16,407 nt of DNA. Source: Candidatus Aenigmatarchaeota archaeon (GTDB lineage: Archaea; Aenigmatarchaeota; Aenigmatarchaeia; CG10238-14; SCSR01). Shown piece by piece: positions 7,679 through 15,375 of the stretch (position 1 is its first letter; each line of letters begins with the position of its first letter). The DNA lies in contig JAWBWS010000007.1 of the NCBI GenBank assembly GCA_038999725.1, forward strand, positions 1 to 16,407. The letters are read 5' to 3'. The translations under genes and the position numbers were made by a program. The notes beneath the pieces are model-generated. The model saw only the letters and a program-made list of their open reading frames with translations. It was not told the origin of the DNA and did no database searches.

Positions 7679-7711
7679 TAAAATTAATTTTGATTGGAAG
7701 GAAGTGGTTAA

Positions 7712-10042
7712 ATGGCATTTAAACCAAAAATAAAAGAAAAAAGATGGGATATCAAAATTGAGAAGACTTTATTTGAGCAGTGGAGGAAAAAGAAAATTTA
7801 CTCTTTCAACATCAATACCAAGAAAAAGATTTTTTCAATAGATACTCCACCTCCATATCCTTCAGGCAGGCCTTGGCACATCGGGGCTGCGGCCCACTAC
7901 TCACAAATAGACATGATAGCAAGAACTGCAAGAATGTTTGGATTCGAGGTTTTCTTCCCTATTGGGATAGATAGAAATGGAGTGCCGGTTGAAAGGTATA
8001 CCGAGAAAAAGTACAACATAAAAATGCATGAAACTCCTAGAGAAAAATTCATTGAACTAGCAAAAACTGCTCTAGATGATTTGGAAGCTGAGTTAATAGA
8101 GATAATGAAGATGATGGGATTGAGTGGAGATTTTGAAAATTACTACAGGACAGATTCGAAAGAATATAGAAAACTCACACAAGAGACTTTTTTAATGTTA
8201 TGGAAAAAGGGCTTGATATACCAAGCAACAAGACCAAACAACTATTGCCCAGACTGTAGGACAACAATAGCTGATGCTGATGTTGTTTATGAAGAGTTGC
8301 CAACCCAACTTGTTTACATCAAATTCAAGCTTGTTGGTGAGGATAAGTATATAACAATAGCAACGACAAGACCAGAACTAATTTGTTCTTGCCAAGCAAT
8401 TCTTGTACATCCTGAAGATGAGAGATATAAAGACTTGCCTGGAAAGAAAGCTTTGTTGCCTCTATATAACAGGGAAGTTCCTATTCTTGCAAATCCTGCT
8501 GCAAACCCCGAATTTGGTTCTGGAATAGTGATGGTTTGTAGCTATGGTGACACCACAGATGTAAGGCTTTTCAGGGAGCTTGGCCTAAAAGAGATAATAG
8601 CAATTAATTTAGATGGAAAGATGAATGAAAATACTGGTAAGTATGTTGGGCTCGAGGTTAGGGAAGCTAGGAAAAAAATTGTTGAAGATTTGGAAGCTTT
8701 GGGTTTAATTGAAAAGAAAGAAATGATAATGCATCGCACTCCAGTTTGTGAGAGAAGCAAGACTCCAATAGAAATTATTTCCCTGGATGAATTTTATCTC
8801 AAACAACTACCTTTCTTGGAAGATGTGAAGAAAATTGCTGAAAAAATAATCTTTCATCCGGAGCGACACAGGCAAATCTTGTACAATTGGATTAATTCTG
8901 TCTCAATAGACTGGCCAATTTCAAGAAGAAGATATTATGGGACAGAAGTTCCTGTCTGGTATTGTAAGAAATGTGGTAAGCCAAATTTGCCAAAGCCTGG
9001 AAAATATTATCAGCCTTGGAAAGAGAAACATCCTTTCGAGAAATGTAAATATTGTGGTGGTGAAGAATTTGAAGGAGAGACTAGAACTTTCGACACATGG
9101 TTTGACTCAAGCATTACTCCCTTATTCATTTCAAAATTCCTAAGAGATGAGAAATTCTTCAAGAAAACTTTCCCGAATAGCTTGAGGCCACAAGCAAAAG
9201 ACATAGTCAGGACATGGCTCTATTACACTTTGTTAAGGTGCTATCAGTTGACAAAAAAGCCTGCTTGGAGGCATGCTTGGATAATGGGATATGGTGTGGA
9301 TGAAAAAGGTGAAAGGATGAGCAAGAGCAAGGGTAATGTTATTGATCCAATACCAATATTGAAGAAGTATGGTGCTGATAGTTTTAGGTTTTGGAACGCC
9401 TCAGAAGTTAGCCTGGGGTTCGATTTCAGGTGCTCTGAGGAAAGAATCGCCTCGGCTTCAAAATTCTTGACGAAGCTTTGGAATATTGCTAGGTTTATTT
9501 CCTCTTTCCCAAAACCAAAGAAGGTTAAGTTAACTAAAACAGACGAGTGGATTTTGGCTGAATTGAGTAAACTTGTAAAAGAGTGTTTGAAGGGATATGA
9601 AGACTTCAATTTCTTTATTCCAGCAACAAAAATTAGGGAATTCACATGGAATCTTTTTGCTTCCCATTATATGGAGATGGTTAAGCCCAGGGCTTATGGC
9701 CAAGGGTTTAACAAAAAAGAACAGCTTGCTGCTTGGTTCACTTTACACACTTGTTTGAAAAATATTTTACTTCTCCTCGCTCCAATAACCCCATTTATCA
9801 CAGAAAAGATATGGTTAGAGTTATATGGTAAAGAATCGATTCATACACAAACCTTCCCAAAGGCTGAATGGAAAATCGAGCTATCAAAATTCACTAAAAA
9901 TATTGTGGAGTTCAACTCCAATGTTTGGAACTTGAAGAAGGAAAAGAACCTTTCTCTTAAAGATGGAATTGAGATTGAAATTCCAAAAAATCTTAAGATT
10001 TTTGAGAAAGATTTGAAAGCAATGCACAATATTAAACATTGA
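7712..10042 (+). CDS. valS: Valyl-tRNA synthetase (archaeal type)
   Basis: IDTPPPYPSG, HIGH-equivalent HIGA, editing domain ATTRPE...VCSYGD, DWPISRRRYYG, DTWFDSS, KMSKS-equivalent RMSKS, YGADSFRFW. Confidence 0.95.
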   Translation: MAFKPKIKEKRWDIKIEKTLFEQWRKKKIYSFNINTKKKIFSIDTPPPYPSGRPWHIGAAAHYSQIDMIARTARMFGFEVFFPIGIDRNGVPVERYTEKKYNIKMHETPREKFIELAKTALDDLEAELIEIMKMMGLSGDFENYYRTDSKEYRKLTQETFLMLWKKGLIYQATRPNNYCPDCRTTIADADVVYEELPTQLVYIKFKLVGEDKYITIATTRPELICSCQAILVHPEDERYKDLPGKKALLPLYNREVPILANPAANPEFGSGIVMVCSYGDTTDVRLFRELGLKEIIAINLDGKMNENTGKYVGLEVREARKKIVEDLEALGLIEKKEMIMHRTPVCERSKTPIEIISLDEFYLKQLPFLEDVKKIAEKIIFHPERHRQILYNWINSVSIDWPISRRRYYGTEVPVWYCKKCGKPNLPKPGKYYQPWKEKHPFEKCKYCGGEEFEGETRTFDTWFDSSITPLFISKFLRDEKFFKKTFPNSLRPQAKDIVRTWLYYTLLRCYQLTKKPAWRHAWIMGYGVDEKGERMSKSKGNVIDPIPILKKYGADSFRFWNASEVSLGFDFRCSEERIASASKFLTKLWNIARFISSFPKPKKVKLTKTDEWILAELSKLVKECLKGYEDFNFFIPATKIREFTWNLFASHYMEMVKPRAYGQGFNKKEQLAAWFTLHTCLKNILLLLAPITPFITEKIWLELYGKESIHTQTFPKAEWKIELSKFTKNIVEFNSNVWNLKKEKNLSLKDGIEIEIPKNLKIFEKDLKAMHNIKH

Positions 10043-10101
10043 CTTATCTCACCATAAGTTTTTATTTGAACATTTAGAATTTTTATTGAAAGGTGCTTGA
10101 G

Positions 10102-11319
10102 ATGGTTGAAATAAAAGAGGAAGAAAAGCTGAAACTTAAGAAACTGATAAAAGAATTGGAAAAAATAAAGGGGAGACACACAGAATTGATTAGTGTTTAT
10201 ATTCCAGCAGGCTACAATTTAACCGAAGCTGCAAACCAGCTTTTCCAAGAGAAGGGTACAGCTTCAAACATAAAGAGCAAGACGACGAGAAAAAATGTTA
10301 TGACTGCCCTTGAAAAGATTCTCCAGTATTTGAAGCTCTTCAGGAAAACTCCTGATAATGGACTTGTTATATTTTGTGGGAATGTTTCTGAAGTTGAAGG
10401 TAAAGAAGATATAAGGCTTTGGAGCTATGAGCCACCCATCCCAATTTCACAGAAAATCTATTGGTGTGATCAAACTTTTGTTCTTGATCCTTTAAGAGAG
10501 TTGATTTCTGAGAAAGAGGTTTATGGTTTAATAGTTTTGGACGCAAGAGAAGCAACAATAGGCTTGTTGAAGGGAAAGAGAATTGAAAAATTGAAGAGCA
10601 TGGAGTCTACAGTACCAAGCAAAACAGTTAAAGGTGGTATGAGCCAGAAAAGATATGATAGACTTAGAGATGATGCCTTGAATGAGTTTTTGGTTAAGGT
10701 TGGTGAAGAAGCTTCCAATATATTTCTCAAGCAAGAAAATTTGAAGGGTGTGATAATTGGTGGTCCAGGCCCTGTAAAAGAAACTTTTTATGATAAAAAC
10801 TACTTACATTACCAGCTTCAAAAGAAAGTTTTGGGTGTCAAGGACATAGGATCAACTGATGAATATGGCTTGGAAGAGCTCGTTTTCAAATCCCAAGACC
10901 TGTTGAAAGAGGCCATGATTTCCAAGGAGAAAGCTCTCATGCAAAAATTTTTCATCGAGCTTAAAAACAATGGAAATGTGATATATGGACTTGAAGAAAC
11001 AAGAAAGGCCTTGGAAGCAGGAGCTGTTGATGTTTTGCTTATATCAGAAGAGTTTAACTGGCTTCATGTTAAGTTTAGGTGTGTGTGTGGTTTTTTTGAA
11101 GAAAGGGATTTACCAAAGTTTTTGGTTGAAAAACAAAAATGTCCAAATTGTGGGCAAAAGCTGATTGTAGAAGAAAGCCATGAACTTTTGGATGAACTTG
11201 TGGAAAAGGCTTCCTCTTTGGGGACAAGAGTTGAATACATCTCAACCGAAACAAATGAAGGAATTCAGTTCAAAGAGCTTGGTGGTGTTGGGGCTCTTCT
11301 AAGGTATAAGCTTCAATAA
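10102..11319 (+). CDS. prf1: Peptide chain release factor aRF1 (GGQ replaced by GGM)
   Basis: GRHTELISVYIP, TASNIKSK, YWCDQTF, GGPG, C-domain Zn-ribbon insertion (CVCG...CPNCG), GGVGALLRY. SD-like AGGTG precedes ATG 10102. Confidence 0.95.
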   Translation: MVEIKEEEKLKLKKLIKELEKIKGRHTELISVYIPAGYNLTEAANQLFQEKGTASNIKSKTTRKNVMTALEKILQYLKLFRKTPDNGLVIFCGNVSEVEGKEDIRLWSYEPPIPISQKIYWCDQTFVLDPLRELISEKEVYGLIVLDAREATIGLLKGKRIEKLKSMESTVPSKTVKGGMSQKRYDRLRDDALNEFLVKVGEEASNIFLKQENLKGVIIGGPGPVKETFYDKNYLHYQLQKKVLGVKDIGSTDEYGLEELVFKSQDLLKEAMISKEKALMQKFFIELKNNGNVIYGLEETRKALEAGAVDVLLISEEFNWLHVKFRCVCGFFEERDLPKFLVEKQKCPNCGQKLIVEESHELLDELVEKASSLGTRVEYISTETNEGIQFKELGGVGALLRYKLQ

Positions 11320-11341
11320 ATGGGGAAAATTGAACTTTGAA

Positions 11342-12091
11342 TCAGACTTTTATACCAAAAAACTTGATAGCATTTTCTGTGGTCAGTTTGTCTATTTTCT
11401 CTTCTCCAACTTTTTTTATTTCGGCAATTTTTCGGATGACAAGTTTTATTGAGGATGGATCATTCCTTCCTTCTAGCCCAAGCCAAGGCGAATCTGTCTC
11501 TGTCAGAATTCTTTCTAAAGGCATATCCCTCACAATCTTCTTTATCTTCTTGCTCGTGAGAAGTGTTGTGTTCACTGAAATATACCAACCGTTCTCTATA
11601 ACTTTTTTCAAAAGTTCTTTTGCAGAGAAGAAATGCATCAAAACATTTTTTGCTTTTTGAGCTTCAAGAATCTCAATGGCTTCGGCAAAAGCCTTTCTCG
11701 CATGGATTACCAAAGGTTTTTTTAGTTCATTTGCCAGAGATATGAAGTCGTAAAACAATTCCTTCTGTTTTTCCCTCCATTCTTGCTCTTCTATTAGAAA
11801 GTCAAGACCAATCTCACCTATGCCAACCAATTTATCTTCATTTTTCCTCAACAAATCAAAAAATTCTGCTTTTTCTCTCTCACTTATTTCTTTTATGTAC
11901 TCTGGATGAATTCCAGCAGTAGCGAAAACAAACCCTTTGTGTTTTTCAACAAGCTGCATGGTCAGCTCAAAATCTTTAGGATGGGCACAAGATGTGATGA
12001 TAGCTTTGAGCTCTCGCTTACATTTCTCTATAACCTCATCTCTATCAGAATTGTAATCTGGCTGTTCTAGATGGCAATGAACATCGATCAT
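11342..12091 (-). CDS. tatD: TatD family hydrolase/DNase
   Basis: Motifs DVHCHL, GIHP, GIGEIGLD, IHAR, HFF and ETDSPWL. Confidence 0.93.
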   Translation of the reverse strand: MIDVHCHLEQPDYNSDRDEVIEKCKRELKAIITSCAHPKDFELTMQLVEKHKGFVFATAGIHPEYIKEISEREKAEFFDLLRKNEDKLVGIGEIGLDFLIEEQEWREKQKELFYDFISLANELKKPLVIHARKAFAEAIEILEAQKAKNVLMHFFSAKELLKKVIENGWYISVNTTLLTSKKIKKIVRDMPLERILTETDSPWLGLEGRNDPSSIKLVIRKIAEIKKVGEEKIDKLTTENAIKFFGIKV

Positions 12092-12123
12092 CAAGATTAT
12101 TTGGAGTTAGGAGAATAAAACCT

Positions 12124-12426
12124 TTATGTAGTCTCAAGCCAAGAGGATAATCCTATCAAGAGAAAAATCCAGCCAATCAAGTAGGTGAAAAAATAACCTG
12201 TTAGAATTCTTGGAATTATCGTTCTCATTCTCTTGTTCTTCCCCAAAACCTCCACGAATTTCTCCACACCAGGAACTTTTCTCACAATTTTGTCTATTGG
12301 AGTTATTATGAAATCTGGGAGCAAGAGTCCTATGAAAAGTGAAGCCAAAAACTGCAAGCCCCAATCTGGAATTATTGGGTTTGAGAACAGTAGCCCTATT
12401 AAAAACAAAACTCGCTTTATACTCAT
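12124..12426 (-). CDS. Small hypothetical membrane protein
   Basis: 100 aa with hydrophobic segments; ATG start; fills the gap upstream of tatD on the same strand. Confidence 0.65.
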   Translation of the reverse strand: MSIKRVLFLIGLLFSNPIIPDWGLQFLASLFIGLLLPDFIITPIDKIVRKVPGVEKFVEVLGKNKRMRTIIPRILTGYFFTYLIGWIFLLIGLSSWLETT

Positions 12427-12560
12427 AGAATAAAATTTATCCCCTTAAGAAATAAATTTTAACTATCGATATTTACTCTAGTTATTTGAAATCTTCTTGT
12501 GAAGAAAAATCTTAACTTTTCTTCAAACACTAGGGAAACAAATATTGTCTTCAGTTTAAA

Positions 12561-12938
12561 TTATATCAAAATGGCATTAACCACACCATTTTGGCCGGGT
12601 CTTGAAGTAACTTTTGCCTTTCCTAATTCTGTATCGATTATCGCACCCTTTGTCACTATTTTCCTTCTCACGAAGTGTGGATTGGCAGGGTTTTCCAACA
12701 CATCCAGTATCTTAACTTTTTTCGTGGTATTTGTTTTTGGATCTAGAACATTCGCAAACTCCACACTAAAAGCCTTGATTTTTTCTCCTCCACCCTTGGT
12801 TCTGTATTTTTTCCTCTCTTCTTTTCCTATCTTAGTAAAAGTTGGGGGATTACCGAGCTCCCTTTTCCTCTTTTTTCTAGCCAAAATAATTTTCCCCCCT
12901 GTCTCTTTTCTCCCCTTTTCACCATGCCAAATCGACAT
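12561..12938 (-). CDS. rps8e: 30S ribosomal protein S8e
   Basis: [44 protein letters not shown]. Confidence 0.97.
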   Translation of the reverse strand: MSIWHGEKGRKETGGKIILARKKRKRELGNPPTFTKIGKEERKKYRTKGGGEKIKAFSVEFANVLDPKTNTTKKVKILDVLENPANPHFVRRKIVTKGAIIDTELGKAKVTSRPGQNGVVNAILI

Positions 12939-12980
12939 AAAACCACTTAAATTAATTCTTTTGGAAGAAATTTAAAACTT

Positions 12981-13424
12981 TCAGTATAAGAATTTTGGTA
13001 AGCTTAAGTAAGAATAACGAACAACAAAAGCTATCGCCAGGAACATGAGAAGCTTTCCCATCAAGCAAGCTATGAAGAATTTTGACCGATTATAGTCCGC
13101 TGCCCCTGCTATTATTCCAACAACATCGTCTGGCAAAGGTGTGGCTGCAAAAAAGAAAATGGTTAGAGCTCCATTCTTTTTAAACCACCTCTTTGCGAAC
13201 TTAAAGTACTTGTTTTTCTTCAGAAAGCTACTACCAGCGTATCCTACAGTATAGCCAACAAACTCCCCCAGAGCTGCACCAAAAGCAGAAACCAATGCCA
13301 GTAATATGGGGTTGAGAAATGTTGCCAGGTAAGCGTAAACTATAAAGAAAGGTATGGGGAAGAATATTGTGGAAGATGCTACCATGTTGCCAAGGAAGGC
13401 TAAGATGTAGCTTAAATATTCCAT
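12981..13424 (-). CDS. VTT/DedA (SNARE-associated, YqaA-like) membrane protein
   Basis: GAALGEFVGYTVG, FAATPLPDDVVGIIAG and FFIACLMGK motifs. Confidence 0.85.
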   Translation of the reverse strand: MEYLSYILAFLGNMVASSTIFFPIPFFIVYAYLATFLNPILLALVSAFGAALGEFVGYTVGYAGSSFLKKNKYFKFAKRWFKKNGALTIFFFAATPLPDDVVGIIAGAADYNRSKFFIACLMGKLLMFLAIAFVVRYSYLSLPKFLY

Positions 13425-13457
13425 TTAATAGAATTGATAAAATAAGCTTAAAAAGTT

Positions 13458-13470
13458 AAACCTTTATATT
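13458..13470 (+). promoter_or_regulatory. Putative BRE/TATA promoter of lsm
   Basis: AAACC-TTTATATT about 30 nt upstream of ATG 13500; GAGGA SD-like sequence at 13490. Confidence 0.5.
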
Positions 13471-13499
13471 AATTTAAGATAATTAAAAAGAGGAAGAAA

Positions 13500-13718
13500 A
13501 TGGCAGAAAGGCCGATAGATGCTTTGGACAAGGCAAAGGGAAAGAAAGTTATCATCAAACTGAAGAATGGGGAAGAAATAACGGGCATACTAAGAGCTTT
13601 AGACTTACATTTAAACCTCTGGTTGGATGAGGCAGAAGTAAACAAGAACGAAACGAAAGTTAGGCTTGGTACTGTGTTGGTGAGGGGAGACACAATAGTT
13701 TACGCTTCACCAGTATAA
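13500..13718 (+). CDS. Sm-like archaeal protein (Lsm/SmAP1)
   Basis: RPIDAL, Sm1 motif G.LRALDLHLNLWLDEA, Sm2 motif LGTVLVRGDTIVYASP. Confidence 0.95.
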   Translation: MAERPIDALDKAKGKKVIIKLKNGEEITGILRALDLHLNLWLDEAEVNKNETKVRLGTVLVRGDTIVYASPV

Positions 13719-13822
13719 GCAGCTAAATTTAAAGTGATGGTTGAGAAATCGCAGAAAATGATTTCGATTTCTTTCTCAAATCTTAAGGAATTTAAATTTT
13801 AATTGCTTATTAAAAAGTGATT

Positions 13823-14521
13823 ATGGTGCGCTCTAAAGAAGAAATAGAAATGGTAAAGAGAATGTATGAAAATGGTTTAAGTAGTAATGAAATTCGTAAT
13901 ATTATAGAAAAAACGCGAAAGTTGAAGTATATTTTGAAAAAAACTACCATCACCCAGAACTATGGAAAGGATGTTTGGAGAAAGATTATAGATAAATATA
14001 ATTCCTTGGAAAGTAGGTTAAAAGATAAGTTTCGTCATACAACAGTTAAACTTATACCATCAACATATATGGTTTTAAGGGAAATGGGAGTAGATGTGAG
14101 TTTGTATGATGTTGCAATCTCATTTAAAAATGATATTGTGGTTGCTAACAAGCTGTGTAGAAAAATTTATCCTATAATGCCCGAAATTTTTCTTCAAGAC
14201 ACCGAAACCTGGGTAAAAAGATGTGTTAATTGGTTAAAACTTCCAAAAGGAGTGGAAAAAAGTGCGTTGAAGTTTTTGGAGGAAAATGGGGAGGTATTAA
14301 AAAAATTTAGCCCACTCATAGCAGCCGCCACATGTGTATACTTACAAGCTGAAAAATATGGGAAGAAAATGGATTTGAAAGAAATGGCAAAAACTCTTAA
14401 AATAAATAAAAAAAAGAGCTTCGAAAGAGTTATCAGTTTTGTGAGAAATAACTGTAGAATGCCTGATTATTCAGTTGAACCTTTTGAGGAGATAGAGAAA
14501 CCAAGCCTTGAACAAATTTAA
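13823..14521 (+). CDS. Divergent TFIIB/TFB-like cyclin-repeat protein lacking a Zn-ribbon
   Basis: WVKRCVNWLKLP...SALKFL...SPLIAAATCVYL....GKKMDLKEMAKTL resembles TFB repeat 2. STYMVLREMGVDVSLYDVA...NKLCRKI resembles the end of repeat 1. No N-terminal CxxC pairs. Confidence 0.6.
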   Translation: MVRSKEEIEMVKRMYENGLSSNEIRNIIEKTRKLKYILKKTTITQNYGKDVWRKIIDKYNSLESRLKDKFRHTTVKLIPSTYMVLREMGVDVSLYDVAISFKNDIVVANKLCRKIYPIMPEIFLQDTETWVKRCVNWLKLPKGVEKSALKFLEENGEVLKKFSPLIAAATCVYLQAEKYGKKMDLKEMAKTLKINKKKSFERVISFVRNNCRMPDYSVEPFEEIEKPSLEQI

Positions 14522-14551
14522 ATCTCAACCCCCAAATTCTTTAGTGAGATT

Positions 14552-14740
14552 ATGACAAAAGGTACACCCTCTATGGGGAAAAAACACAAGGTTACTCACA
14601 TAAGATGCAGACGCTGTGGAAGGGTAGCTTATAACTTGAAGACAAAGGTTTGTGCTGCTTGTGGCTATGGAAGAAGTAGCAAGATTAAAAGCTATTCTTG
14701 GAAGACCCATGATGTTACAAGGAGAAGAAGGGTAGTTTAA
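14552..14740 (+). CDS. rpl37e: 50S ribosomal protein L37e
   Basis: [19 protein letters not shown]...CAACGYGRS...YSW. Confidence 0.97.
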   Translation: MTKGTPSMGKKHKVTHIRCRRCGRVAYNLKTKVCAACGYGRSSKIKSYSWKTHDVTRRRRVV

Positions 14741-14901
14741 TGGTTTTTGAAAAATTTCCTTGCTATCATTGGTTAAATTTAAGCTAGATAGAATCTTGGA
14801 TTCAGCTAAAAATTCCTCCAATCACAAAAAATTATGGAAGATGTCCTAAAGGGGTTAAACATATAAAATTAGAAGGGATAAAAAAATTTGTAAGGATAAG
14901 T

Positions 14902-15375
14902 ATGAGAGGTTATAAAAAAATTTTGGTTGGGGTTATAGCTTTGGTTGTTCTTGCCATTGCGCTCTTACAACTTTCTATTCGATTCAGAGGGACTTCTCCT
15001 CAATTTGGTGGAGAGGAGCCCAAAATAATCTTACATGAAACAAGAACGAATTTCACCAATTATTTTGTTGATATAAAGCCAATAAAGGAAGAAAGTTATT
15101 GGATAAAATTTAAGAATCAAACAGTTTATTTGACGAAGTTCTTAGTTAAATTGGAAGATGTTAATGAATTTTTAAACAAATTCTTAAAAGTTGGGGCAGA
15201 TATCATCCTAAAGGAAAATACATATTCCATTAACAATTATAATGGAAAAGAATTGATTACAAAGCGCGGATATAATATCATTATAAGGAAAGGTGATGTG
15301 ATACTCGCGGCCGGCAACCATGAAAGTGAAACAGTTAAAGATGTGATAAAATGGTTCATAACAAAGTTTGGTTAA
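14902..15375 (+). CDS. Hypothetical protein with N-terminal membrane anchor/signal
   Basis: MRGYKK followed by a hydrophobic helix, then a soluble domain. Confidence 0.75.
   Translation: MRGYKKILVGVIALVVLAIALLQLSIRFRGTSPQFGGEEPKIILHETRTNFTNYFVDIKPIKEESYWIKFKNQTVYLTKFLVKLEDVNEFLNKFLKVGADIILKENTYSINNYNGKELITKRGYNIIIRKGDVILAAGNHESETVKDVIKWFITKFG

Noticed and set aside
10102..11319. Stop-codon reassignment linked to the odd aRF1
   Set aside because: NIKS and YxCxxxF recognition motifs are intact; TAA, TAG and TGA all terminate genes in the window; no conserved gene shows in-frame stops.
12499..12975. 158-aa plus-strand ORF
   Set aside because: Antisense shadow of rps8e.
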